From the NCBI GenBank assembly GCA_964016885.1, contig OZ024741.1, forward strand, positions 395,188,001 to 395,252,000: 64,000 bases of DNA, read 5' to 3'. The translations under genes were made by a program, and so were the position numbers. This DNA is from Eledone cirrhosa. Its lineage: Eukaryota. Of this stretch, positions 40,520 to 52,720 are shown one piece after another. The notes beneath the pieces are model-generated. The model was not told where the DNA came from, did not search any database, and worked only from the letters and a program-made list of their open reading frames with translations. How positions within the stretch are numbered: position 1 is the stretch's first letter; the number at the start of each line of letters is the position of its first letter.

Positions 40520-41246
40520 ATTAACTGTAAAACTAGAAATGTAGTATATAGCATAAGATGTACTGAAGGTACAGCTCGTAGTATAGGGGAACGGATAAAT
40601 GAACACTGGCGAGAGTAAAGAATCATCTGTACTCCACCAACATGCTAAAATAGAACATAAGGGTAAATTAGAGAACATAGAAATAAAAATAGAATCTACA
40701 CACAGAAAAGGCGCAATGTTTAGACAAATCACAGAGGCAATAAACATAAATGAACTCCAACCAAAATTAAATAGAAAACATGAATGGAATATCAACATCA
40801 CAACTTACAATTAAGGACAAAATGAAAACACACACACATAGAACAAACAACCAGTAACATGTAAATAAACAAATAAATAAACAAATATAAACACACACAG
40901 ACACCCGGATGTAACACATGCGCAAACTAAGCACACAACACACACAAAAACAAGATGGCGTAGGACAGAACAAAGGAGAGGCACAAAAACAAAGAAAAGA
41001 ATCCCAGTCACTGAAGAGGTCATAGAATGTGTGAGGAAAGAACTTTGACAATATATGAACAATCGTCTGGTTGTGGAACCAATCAACCAACCAGAAATTT
41101 ATAAATTCTTAAATTTATAATAAATTGGAGTGAAAGCAACTGGTGCGTGTGTTTCTTATTGGCAACATGACCCTCCCAAAGCATAACAATATCGGTTTCA
41201 ACACACATTTTCAGATAAAGAATCTTGCTAAACAAATTCAGAAACG

Positions 41247-41250
<4 letters not shown>
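40520..41250 (+). mobile_element. Penelope-like 3' fragment: GIY-YIG remnant plus pLTR with hammerhead remnant (41007-41049)
   Basis: NCKTRNVVYSIRCTE..TARSIGERINEH, SVLHQHA..H, RQITEAININELQPKLNRKHEW. Hammerhead remnant gtca CTGAAGA ggtcatag..gtgag GAAA gaactt tgac. Ends at (TA)n. Confidence 0.8.
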
Positions 41251-41295
<45 letters not shown>

Positions 41296-41643
41296 TAATA
41301 ATAATAAATGGAAACAAAGAATCAGCATACCATTATATACATATTTAATTACATAATACATGTTTCACTGCCGATCAGCTCGAGGAAAGATCGAATAATG
41401 TTCGATCCTGACTCTGGAATCGGGTGCTCCTCAGATATGTGTTCTTGCATGTAGATGTACGTTCAAATGTTTGGACGTGCATGCACGCGAGAACACATAT
41501 CTGAGGAGCACCCGATTCCAGAGTCATGATTGAACAATATTTGATCTTCCCTCGAGCTGATCGGCAGTGAAACACATGTAATATGTAACTAAATATGTAT
41601 ATAATGCTATACTGATTCTTTGTTCCCATTTATTATTATTATT
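41296..41643. repeat. ~345 bp near-perfect palindrome carrying tail-out hammerhead motifs on both strands
   Basis: Arms are reverse complements about a centre near 41469; both ends are (AAT)/(ATT) repeats. Confidence 0.92.
41495..41586 (+). ncRNA. Type I hammerhead motif with ~60-nt extended stem II
   Basis: Stem I acatat/atatgt, CTGAGGA at 41501, long stem II (ccgat/atcgg, gattgaa/tttgatc), GAAA at 41569, stem III ACA-ca-TGT, triplet GTA. Confidence 0.7.
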
Positions 41644-42082
41644 GATACTCTGCTCCCCAAGAACATTGAGAGCTCATTTTGACATACCACCTGTCAATTG
41701 CTCCTCTACTAACTATGATGGTTGTGTGGGTAGTTGAATCATTTGTTGCGTGTGTGGTCACTATTGTGTGAGTGCAGGCGAGAGAAGATTGATGCACCTG
41801 ATATAGTGTGACCAGAGATTGCGCGTGCGCAAGTAAGTGAGTAAGTGTTCATTAAGATGATGATGATGATGATGAAAGTTCCTTGATCACTCAGAAAATG
41901 AATATATATAAACCGCTATATTAATAATTTATTGAAAATAGATTACGCTGAAACTATATGAAAAATAGACAAAAATTATGGACGTTATTTGTAAAAGTAG
42001 AATTAAAGTTGTATTTAGCAAAAAACTTCGTGAACTTCACTGGCTTGGTTGAGAGAGAGACCAAGAGATAGAGATTGAGTAA

Positions 42083-42214
<132 letters not shown>

Positions 42215-42771
42215 TAAAGGTTCTGTGGAAAGTAATAGTTTCCATGTTTACTCTATGAAGAATCGCTGTAAACTTGTTTAAGAACGTATTTTTGCTTTCA
42301 CCTTAAAATGACCTGCTACTTCAGACAACTGACGCCAAAGGAGATAACCTAGAAAATGACTGTTAAATGTCACCCGGGGGTCAATACACAAACACACATA
42401 TATATATTTATAAATAAGAGGAAAGCACGAACGGGAGAACATTTTCCTTCATCAGTTGTCTGCTGGGGATCATGGATATTTCTACGCATTAAAGACAAGA
42501 TATCTAACCCCAGTGTGTCAATAACTAAAGGAAGTTATTGGGAAAAATAAGGGAGAGAGAGAAAAAAATTATAACAGGAGGGAAAAGGGAAGAAAAAGGA
42601 AAAAAAACAGCGAAAAAAGCAGAAAACAACAAACCGAAGAGGGAAACCCGAAGCACATGTGTGTGAGCAGCTCGAAGAGAGAGAAAAAATTAAAGTCGAC
42701 ATCAAAAAATAGATTTCAAATCGATAGCTTGAAATCTATTTTTTTTCTTTTTATAGTTATTTAAATATATA

Positions 42772-42955
42772 TAGAAAGGGAGGTTTTTTTTACAGAATGA
42801 AAAAAAAACGAGGTGTCCTACACGAGTGAAAGTATAAGGAAAAAAGATGAAATTGCAACTGGAGTCTTTTTTTTTTAAATATATTTATTTGGTTCCTTTA
42901 CCGCTTTCGCAGTTCTTGTGCTTTTCAAAAGTAGAATTGAGATGGAGGGTTTGTG
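42772..42955 (-). mobile_element. Isolated terminal fragment of the Neptune-like pLTR seen at 49420-49620
   Basis: gaggtgtcctacacgagtgaaagtataag..tgcaactggagtc..ggttcctttaccg is the reverse complement of that pLTR end; TA tracts on both sides. Confidence 0.85.
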
Positions 42956-42974
42956 GATATATATATATATATAT

Positions 42975-45900
42975 TAATAAAAACAATGAAATAAAAACAA
43001 AGAACAGGTTCCTTATATTGAGAAATTCATCATTTTACGATCGTTTCTGGGATATATTTGTGTGTTGGTATGTATATCATGTTAAAGATCTATGTAAAAA
43101 AAATATTACAAATTATCAGAAGAGATATACATACCTTCACCTATATATGCCATCTTCAGAAATGATGAAGTATGTTTATTGAAAGAAACAAAGTATTAAT
43201 ATAAAAGGTCTGTTTGGGAACAGGTTTTGAATTGACCAATAGAAAAGAGTTAGAGGTCAAGTTGATAGAATAATAGTAGTAGAACTTGATGCTAGGAGTG
43301 GAGGAATGTAAATTTATGCTTTGAATGAAAAGGATACAATGGGGAGAGAAAGATAGGGGTTAAAATGAGGTCAAATCAAGGAGATAGTGAAGGAGTGCCA
43401 AAAAATTTGATATTTATTAAAAAATGCTGTTAAAAGCGAAGGGAAAGAAATTTGTGAGATGAGAGGGTTAGTGAGAAATACTAATCCTATTTAAATATCA
43501 AGGAACCTAGATACATAAAGGGAAATTAAATTAATTGATAGGTAAAATTACAGAGTTAAAATTTTATTAATTCTTATGAAAATAAAAAATATACATAGAA
43601 AAACTGAAATAGATAACATTTTATAAAAAGCAGTGTATCTAGCTAAACATCCATAATATTAAAGATATTAATTATATTTAATAATCCTAAGTATTAAATG
43701 TGATAAATAGGATGCGGTTGAAAGAAGTAATGAGGTTAAAGATAACTTTAGCTAAAGTGAGCTGTAAGAGGGAAATAAAATTATGAAATTCTCTGTAGTA
43801 AATTTTTTTTAATTATTCATAATTGTTTCTATTTTAGGCACAAGGCCAGCAATTATCCAGTACATTACTGGTACTTTATTTTATCGACCCCGTAAGGATG
43901 AAAGGCAAAATTAACCTCGGCGGGATTTGAACTCAGATCATAAAGGGACGTAACTCTATGCTTCAAAGCATGGTGTCCGACTCTCTACCGATACTGCCAA
44001 TCCACCTTGTAAAATATAAGAGTGAGGTATATACTAATTAAGTTTATAATATTTGAAGGTTTTTCTAATTCTATGATTGCATGATATAATTAACTCCTGT
44101 CGCTTATTTAATAGGATATCATTAGATTTCATGATTTCAAATAGTTCTTGGGAGCATAACCTACACTCATATCTGCTATTTTGATAAGGGGTGGTCCTTT
44201 TGAGCACGCTCCAGGTCAGGTTATAATCAATATCCCTCTTTCTATAATTATTAATTGCTTCAGCCAAGGAGGTTGTATTAGCCAATGCGGCATTTTTAAA
44301 ACTATGTTTGTGGGTATTAAATCTTACTTTAAATTGGTTAGACGTAGCTCATATATAGGATTGAGTGGAGTCCTTAGTAATAATTACAGATTTATAGACT
44401 ATGTTATTAATAAGACATTTTCCCTTTAATGGGCAATTTCTTTTGATTCTACAGTTACAACAATTCGTAAATATTGTATCAGGAGAGTTAATTGTGTTAT
44501 CTATAGTGGTATTAGTGTTACTATTTTCATTAATGTATGGTCTAGAATGGGTTGTAATTAGATTAATATGGTTAGACAGGTTGTTGGTGGGTGATAGTTT
44601 AGGGGATGTGGAGCTAGTAGAGCTCTGTTTGTTTCGGAGATTATTCAAAATTGGTGAGGAGTTTACGGGACCTATTATAGGTGAAGAAGAAGGTGGTTTG
44701 TTTTGGTTTATTTTAGTATTATTATGGTTGGTTTGATGTGTTGGTGGTATATTTATGGGTCTTTTTACACTTATATATGTTGTAAGCACTTATATTCTGT
44801 TGTATAATCTTGGTAGTGGAGTAGGAAAATCTGACAGTAGATCTATTTAAAATTTGATGGTATTTATGGTTTGGTGGGAAGTTTTTCTCTAGGATAGCAA
44901 AGAATTTTTTAGGGATATGGTCTTTAATCTGTAGATTAAATGGAGCATTATACCAAGTAACTCGTCTATTACGGTTTCGACATTGTTTCTTATATTTATA
45001 TGATGTATCGGGAGGTTTACTGAGAGAGTTACTATTAGTGATTCTATTATATATATGTTTAGTTAATTTAGGTGTTTTGGTCTGATTACTAGGAATGTTG
45101 TTAGTTATGTTGTTGACATATGTTAGAATATTAGGGTGAATGGTTTTTTGAAAGTCATTATCTTTTATGTGAGAAGAGGTAGAGAAATTAAGTTTTGGGT
45201 TGGTGTTTTTAGGTGTAGTATGAGTGGCATTTAGGTGTGGGTTTTTCATTTGGTGTTTGTTGGTAATATTAGGTTGTATGTTTGAAATATTATTGGTGCA
45301 AGGACTAATTTGTTCTTGTGGTCGCTTCTAGCTAAAGCTTCGTTATAAAAGGGCGCGTTTTTATCGAAAACATCATGATTTGATGAAAGGTTAGAGATTC
45401 TGAGTGAGATATTATATGCTAGGTTTTTAAGGATAGATCTAGGGTGATTAGATTGTGAGTGTATGTAATGCAAGTTTTGGTTAGGTTTATGGTAAGGTTG
45501 GTAGATACCCGTAGATAGGTCCATAGTTATATCTAGGAAATTGACTATTTTACTGGTGTTTTCAAATGTAATAGTGAGATTATAATAGTCTTTGGGGAAA
45601 GTTCTAATAAGTTTTTTATTTATTTCAATTTCTGATAGGCTAAGATTCGTGGATATAAGAAGACAGTCATCACGATATAAACCACCTTTAAGGAGGGGAA
45701 AAGATGAATTAATGTTAAATAGAAGAAAAAGGTCCACAAGATCGGTAATTTGGGCAGAATCACTAGAGCCCATAGTTATGTCGAAGAGATTACTATATGT
45801 ATTTCTGGTCCAATACTCCTTCTGAAATTCAAGTAGTGTTTGTCTAGCGTGCGTGATAATATTGGTGTGATCCATAGTTAAGTATGATCTATTTTTGGCA

Positions 45901-46205
45901 AATATCAAGAGTATGGGTGATATAGAGGAATAATATGCATCTATATCGAATTGTAGAAATGAAGCAGAGGATTTATTTTCAATATTAGTAAACCAAGTAA
46001 TTACTTGGGATGTGTTTTCCCAGAGTGGTAAGTTAACGTGTTTTCTTAATTGTGGGATAATTCTATCCAGAATTTTTTGGCTAATGATGCCAATGTCAGA
46101 TTTGGAAGGGCATATAAGTCTTATAGAAGGATTAGAGTTGAAATTAGATTTGTGATCCTTCAGGTTAAAATGTGTTTTTTTCGGTGCCAAGGGTTCAGTT
46201 CTATC

Positions 46206-46208
<3 letters not shown>
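42975..46208 (-). mobile_element. Penelope-like element (probably Hydra-clade type): RT plus C-terminal GIY-YIG, frameshifted, 5' cut at (TA)n
   Basis: RT: PSIRLICPSKS, LQFDIDAYYS, MGSSDSA, GLYRDD, VNFLDITMDL, YIHSQSNHP. Endonuclease: WYNAPF, CNCRIKRNCPLKGKC, NIVYKS..SYIG, CRLC..E, LNKRQE..CNH. Confidence 0.9.
43815..44010 (-). mobile_element. SINE inserted in the 3' region of the Penelope-like element
   Basis: Near-identical to 6620-6800. Confidence 0.88.
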
Positions 46209-46274
<66 letters not shown>

Positions 46275-46284
<10 letters not shown>

Positions 46285-46852
46285 TTTCTTTTCAATATAA
46301 ATACAGATGTGTTGGTATCTGTGTTTCATCATATATATTAGTTTATACACGGCTCTGGGGTATTTCCTCCTTCGAGCTAATTCCATTGTAAAAGAATTCA
46401 TTACACTTAATAATATAACTGCTCCTAGTCTGAGCTGAACGTCGCCTCATATATACGACTGTTATTTCTAGCAGTACGGTTATGAGACTAGCTAGAAACT
46501 GTAAACCATGTGCGTTACACAGTCTTTTAAATTATTTAGAAGTGAAGCATATCAATTTGTCCCTGGATGTTTACTGAGGAGAGCAGGACATGATATTCCT
46601 ACACTTATTTATCTCGAAACATATTTGGATTTTAAAGTTTAAACTTATCTACGGAACAGGTTTGATTTTGAAATTTAAATGTGTCTAAACATCATAGCCA
46701 TTTGGCAATGCAGTTCGTCTTTGTTGATTTATTATTTTAAATCGATATGGACAAACTGTAGTATAATAATTAGTATACTTCATTCTGGCTAAATTTTCTT
46801 TTGCAATATAAATACAGATGTGTTGGTATCTGTGTTTCATCATATATATTAG

Positions 46853-46858
<6 letters not shown>
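46275..46858 (+). mobile_element. Small non-coding unit bounded by ~70-bp direct repeats, with a decayed long-stem-II hammerhead (46574-46625)
   Basis: caatataaatacagatgtgttggtatctgtgtttcatcatatatattagttt at about 46293 and 46804. CTGAGGA gag..agga..tcct..ctc GAAA cata. TA tracts on both sides. Confidence 0.55.
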
Positions 46859-46908
<50 letters not shown>

Positions 46909-46913
<5 letters not shown>

Positions 46914-48261
46914 AAAAAGAGATGAAATCGAAAATGCAACTGGAGTCTTATTTTTTTTAAAAATATATATATTTATTTGGTTCCTTTACCGGTTTCGCAG
47001 TTCTTCTGCTTTTCAAAAGGTGAGTTGAGATGGAGGGTCTGTGGTTTTTCTCACATCTGGTTGGTCTCTGAATGTTACTTGTTTTATATGGAAAAAGTGG
47101 CTCGAAATGCCAGGTTTTTCGAGAAGTAATTTGATTGGTTTGTCAATAATTATAATAAATTTCGCGCCAGTTCGCGTTACAATAGTTCTTCAAATAAGAG
47201 GGGGGGGGTTGTCGCAGGTTGTTTTTTCATATATGAGTGTTTGAATTTCTTTTACTTGAAAAAAGGAGGCTCACGAAGGCTTTTTTTTGGTTGGTTATAA
47301 ATGAAATTATGGCTGTCACGTGAACAAATTTTCATTAAATTTTTGTGCCCTTATTTGGAAATCCATTCTGTAGCCTTTTTAGAGAATTTTTTGATAAGTG
47401 AAAGATAATGGTCAAGAGAAAGGGATGGGAGAATTGTTCTGGTTCAGTGAATATGGTTCACAACCCAAGAAATGCGGAAGCTTACAACACTATTCACAAT
47501 AACATCCCACTACTAAAACAAAACCCAAGAATGAAAAAAGCCCTTGAAACACACAAAATAATCAAAAGCAAAAGACAACCAAAATCACTGAAAACATTAC
47601 TCACCAATGCCAAATTACCTACCACAAACCCACAACCAAGTATAAAAAAATGTGGTCGCTCTAATTGTGGAACCTGCACTCACCTCATTGAAGGCAACAC
47701 GTATACATTTAAATCAGGACAAAATTTTACTGTAAAAAATCACTTCACTTGCTCATCAAAAAATCTAATTTATGCCATTAAATGTAAAGGATGCAATGAA
47801 GATTATATAAGACAAACTAAACTCACACTCAGAAACAGAATGACAGTTCATCGCCTACAATTACGAGATCCAACCACGAGGCAGATACCATTAAGTGCAC
47901 ATCTAGACATTTGCGCAAGTAATAAGACACCCAAATTCCAAGTCTTCCCATTTTACCTTTGCGCTAACAATACAACAGAACAAATGCGAATAAATAAGGA
48001 AAATATGTTTATTCAAAAATATAGACCAACATTAAATATGGTTTAATATACATTATGTCAACACCATAATATGACATACACACACACACATAACACCTTC
48101 TACTTTAGAAAATAAAAACCCGAACTAAATAAACCTTAACATACGTTTGCACTGACAATACAACAGCAAACACGAATAAGTAAGGAAAATATGTTCATTC
48201 AAAAATATTCCTACTAAAGGAATCACTTTCCTACACACACACACACACACACAATATATAT

Positions 48262-48322
<61 letters not shown>

Positions 48323-49612
48323 TCTTCATCTTAACATGCTAACCATACTCCCACACACATAACACCCATACATACACATAACAACCCCCACACCCACAAC
48401 TCCCTCCCCATTTCTACTAATAGAACCACTTTCCTACACACATATATATACACACACACAAAATATATATTCTCTCCATCTTAACATACTCGCACACACA
48501 CACATAACACCCATATACACACACACACAACTCCCTCCCTTATTTCTACTAATAGAATCATCTTCCAATACACACATACACACACACACACACACAAGCA
48601 CACAAATAAACATACATATCTTCACTTCAATAGAAAATCTGAACTCTGACACCCCAGCGAACTAACCATATTCACTGAACCAGAACAATTCTCCCAATGC
48701 CATCTCTTGACCACTATCTTTCCATTGTCATAACATTCACTATAAAGACTACAGAATAGTTTTCCAAATAAGGGCGCAAAAATGTAATGAAAACTTGTTC
48801 ACGTGACAGCCAAATTTCATTTATAACCAATCAAATCACGTTTATTAAAAAAAAGCCTTCGTGAGCCACCTTTTTTTAAAGTAAAGAAATTCAAACACAC
48901 ACACACACACACACGCACACACACAAGCACACAAATAAACACACATATCTTTACTTTCTTTATTCAATAGAAAATCTGAATTCTGACACCCCAGCGAACT
49001 AACCATATTCACTGAACCAGAACAATTCTCCCATCCCTTTCTCTTGACCATTATCTTTCACTTATCAAAGAATTCTCTAAAAAGGCTACAGAATGGATTT
49101 CCAAATAAGGGCACAAAAATTTAATGAAAATTTGTTCACGTGACAGCCATAATTTCATTTATAACCAACCAAAAAAAAGCCTTCGTGAGCCTCCTTTTTT
49201 CAAGTAAAAAGAAATTCAAACACTCATATATGAAAAAACAACCTGTGACAACCCCCCCCCCCCCTCTTATTTGAAGAACTATTGTAACGCGAACTGGCGC
49301 GAAATTTATTATAATTATTGACAAACCAATCAAATTACTTCTCGAAAAACCTGGCATTTCGAGCCACTTTTTCCATATAAAACAAGTAACATTCAGAGAC
49401 CAACCAGATGTGAGAAAAACCACAGACCCTCCATCTCAACTCACCTTTTGAAAAGCAGAAGAACTGCGAAACCGGTAAAGGAACCAAATAAATATATATA
49501 TTTAAAAAAAAAATAAGACTTCAGTTGCATTTTCGATTTCATCTCTTTTTCTTTATACTTTCACTCGTGTAGGACACCTCGGTTATTTTTCATTTTGTAA
49601 AAAAAACCTCAC

Positions 49613-49620
<8 letters not shown>
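46909..49620 (+). mobile_element. 5'-truncated Neptune-type Penelope-like element: inverted pLTR (46909-47458), GIY-YIG coding region (47459-48046), pLTR to 49620
   Basis: KCGRSNCGTC, NLIYAIKCKGC..YI(R)QT..LRNRM..H, H..C, E..FI..Y.P.LN. 46909-47458 is the reverse complement of about 49001-49557. Both ends lie in (TA)n. Confidence 0.93.
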
Positions 49621-49687
<67 letters not shown>

Positions 49688-50572
49688 CGTTGCTATCAAT
49701 GTTCCCGGAACCTTCTTCAGGGCCCTTGACGAATCCTCTCCACCCATACACAATATAACAAGCTCTTTAACAGACATACAGTAAAATTCTACACCACACC
49801 CAACCTAGCTGATACCATAGCATACACTATTAGGGCCAAAATACGCACACATAACCAAGCACCCCAATCAAATAATAACACAACACAAAATAACACCACA
49901 CAAATTATACACAACACTGAGCACCAACAAAATAACGTCAACCCCAATGAGACTAACCATCAACATACCACTGATACAACCATAGAAAAATGAAATATAG
50001 AAATATATATATATATATATCGACGTAAAACGATGATGAGGATGATGATGTATGTATGTATGTGAATTTCGTATATCTAAAGATATATGGTATGTTTATA
50101 AATAAACATTTATTTTGAAAGCCACAGAAAAGACAATTTTTCATCTAACCCATGCTGGCGTGGAAAAATGGACGTAAAGCGGTGATGATGATGATGATGA
50201 ATCTTATCATAGCCAATACTTACCTATAGTATATTGCCAAAACTGCATCATAAGTTTAGAGTAGAAAATAGTTTTTAGAAAGTAAAAGTATGATCCTCAA
50301 GGACAGTGCTTTTGTTGCATTCATAAACATGTGATAATACATTCAATAGAAGTCCATCCAGTTCAGTGGCATATAAACATACCGCATTTCTTTAGATATA
50401 CGAAATTCACATATATATTTGCATACAGCTATGTTGAAGCTAAATTCTAATTCTATTTTGAACCAACTTATACAGCTTCGTATGCAAATGAAGCTAATCA
50501 GCCCATTTGCACAAATGAAAAAACTATATATGTTTGCCTGATTCAAAGTCTAGCAGTAGTGAGAGGGAAGCA

Positions 50573-50613
50573 TTGTCCTGATGAGAACCATTAAGTTCGA
50601 GATGCATCGACAG
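50573..50613 (+). ncRNA. Minimal hammerhead motif with GAAA>GAGA change
   Basis: ttgtc CTGATGA gaac cattaa gttc GAGA tgca TC gacag. It lies between direct repeats 50372-50452 and 50703-50782, with an inverted copy at 50057-50110. Confidence 0.7.
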
Positions 50614-52102
50614 TTATCCCCCCTTTGCTTCTGCTGGACACCGCTCGGTGGTGCTGACCGCCAGTGTTTTATTCATAGCTGCGGCTTTCAAAATGTTTAT
50701 TTATAAACATACCGTATATCTTTAGATATATGAAATTCATATACATATTTGTATACAGCAATGTCGAAGCTAAATTCTAATTATATGTGCTTGTGTGTGT
50801 ATGTGCGTATGTATATGTATGTATGCATGCATATGCACATATGTATGTGTGCGTGCGTGTGTCCAATGGTATGCATGTGTATAGATATGTGTGTGTATTT
50901 GTATATGTACACATGCCAATGTGTGCTTGCGTGTGGGTATGTATGTGCATACATATATTTGGTTGTGTGTCGGATTATGTGTGCCTGAGTTGTGTGCATG
51001 ATTGTGTGCATATGTACGTGTCTACGTGTGTCTATGTGTATATGTATGTGTGTGAACTTGGAGGGAGGCTCCGTGGATGTGTACGAACACGTGAGGACAC
51101 TGTATGCACCGAGATTACGCACCTATACACAGATCTGGGCCATATGTGCCTGTACCTATATGCATACTGCATCGTCTAACTGATGTCTATGTGCGGACGC
51201 ATATGCACAGGGAATTGACATGGATTGTGCACCTTATCGGGAAGCACATATGTACTTATATGTACACCACCAGTTTAATAATACCTAGGTGTATATACGC
51301 ATAAGTCTAAGTATGTATGGCCGAGTAAGAGAAGCCATGTTCTATAGCTAGCTTATCACCATTAATAACGATGCTATTAATGATAATAATACAATTGTTG
51401 TTACTATTACCAACTCACATTTCAATATATAAGAACATTATTATTTTTCTTTAGTTCGTAAATTATTCTTATTCTTAATACCATGCCATACACATAATAA
51501 TATATAATAATATATATTATATACTGAGGCATTTCACCTACGCCTCAATTCCAGTATCTTATGTTTTTAGTTTATGTAATAACTCACTTATTTATTATTT
51601 TACTCGCCTAAATCTTAAATACCCCACCTCTTCATGGACACTAAACTTCCCTTTTATTCTTATTTTTATTTCTTCTTCGTCTTCTTCTTATTATTTTTAT
51701 TTTTATTTTTATTTTTCCTATTTTTGTATTTCTTTTTTTATATACCACCACAACCCCACCTCTCTCTGTTCCGCCATCACATCCTTTCATCTCCTGACCC
51801 CTATCACTTCTACTCATTTCAGCAATCTTACATCACCATATATAAACGTCAAAAGGTCTATGAACCAACCAAAACACCACCCCATCATCACCTCTATTAA
51901 GCGATGTACTCCACCATCTCTCTTTCCCCTCATCAACCCCTCTCTTCATTATAATTCTTCCCCTCGCCTATCCTACATACTTAAACATTTCTTCTCGCAA
52001 AACCACAAATCAAAATGAAGTAAAACTGACCATCATAAATGAATGAGAATTGTTATATACTTTTACAAACCCCTAAGAGAATCATTCTGTCATTACCATA
52101 AC

Positions 52103-52195
52103 AGAAGGCCGGCGAGCATTTGATTCCAGAGTCAGGCCAGATCAATACAGATCGAGCCTTTATCTGATCAATTGCGAAATGCGCGTCACACCTCC
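52103..52195 (+). ncRNA. Decayed long-stem-II hammerhead related to 41495-41586
   Basis: CCGGCGA (CTGACGA-like) gca tttgat tccagagtc aggc..gatc..gatc..gcct..tctg atcaa ttgc GAAA tgcgcg TC. Confidence 0.5.
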
Positions 52196-52367
52196 GTAAA
52201 CGTAATGAATATCTAAGACCTCGTCCTTTTTATTAGTAGTAGTATTACACTCATTTAGTAGTAGTATTACAACACCAATATACTTACTGGAGACTACGGA
52301 TCGAGTGCTCATTATAGCAAACCTATAGTAACTAGACATTACAATCCCTATATATATATATATCTAG

Positions 52368-52418
<51 letters not shown>

Positions 52419-52552
52419 GGTTTGAGGTTCACCACTGTATAGAGCTGGTCTATTCCGTATGGTCAATCGTAATGTAATAATATAGAGAGTACTCAACGTA
52501 AAGCAGTTCAACCGTCTTTGTTTTTGTAGTTGGTGGTGCTATTACGGAGTTA

Positions 52553-52636
52553 AATATTATAATGAAATGACAGGAGGCTGGATTTGTGTAAATCCATCAA
52601 GGATTTACACAAATCCAGCCTCCTGTCATTTCGTTA

Positions 52637-52644
<8 letters not shown>
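52553..52644. repeat. Near-perfect ~43-bp-arm hairpin with a 5-nt loop
   Basis: gaaatgacaggaggctggatttgtgtaaatcc-atcaa-ggatttacacaaatccagcctcctgtcatttc. Confidence 0.95.
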
Positions 52645-52686
<42 letters not shown>

Positions 52687-52720
52687 CAAGAACATCCCAC
52701 TACTGAAACAAGACCCAAGA

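Noticed and set aside
42704-42744. Hairpin followed by a T-run resembling a rho-independent terminator
   Set aside because: The context is eukaryotic with no upstream gene; it is an AT-rich inverted repeat of unknown meaning.
43105-43170. Possible minus-strand hammerhead (CTGAAGATGGC...) in the 3' region of the 44-46 kb PLE
   Set aside because: The position is plausible, but GAAA and stems II/III cannot be formed convincingly.
49690-49735. Possible minus-strand hammerhead (CTGAAGAAGGTTCCGGGAAC)
   Set aside because: The core and stem I are too degenerate to support a call.
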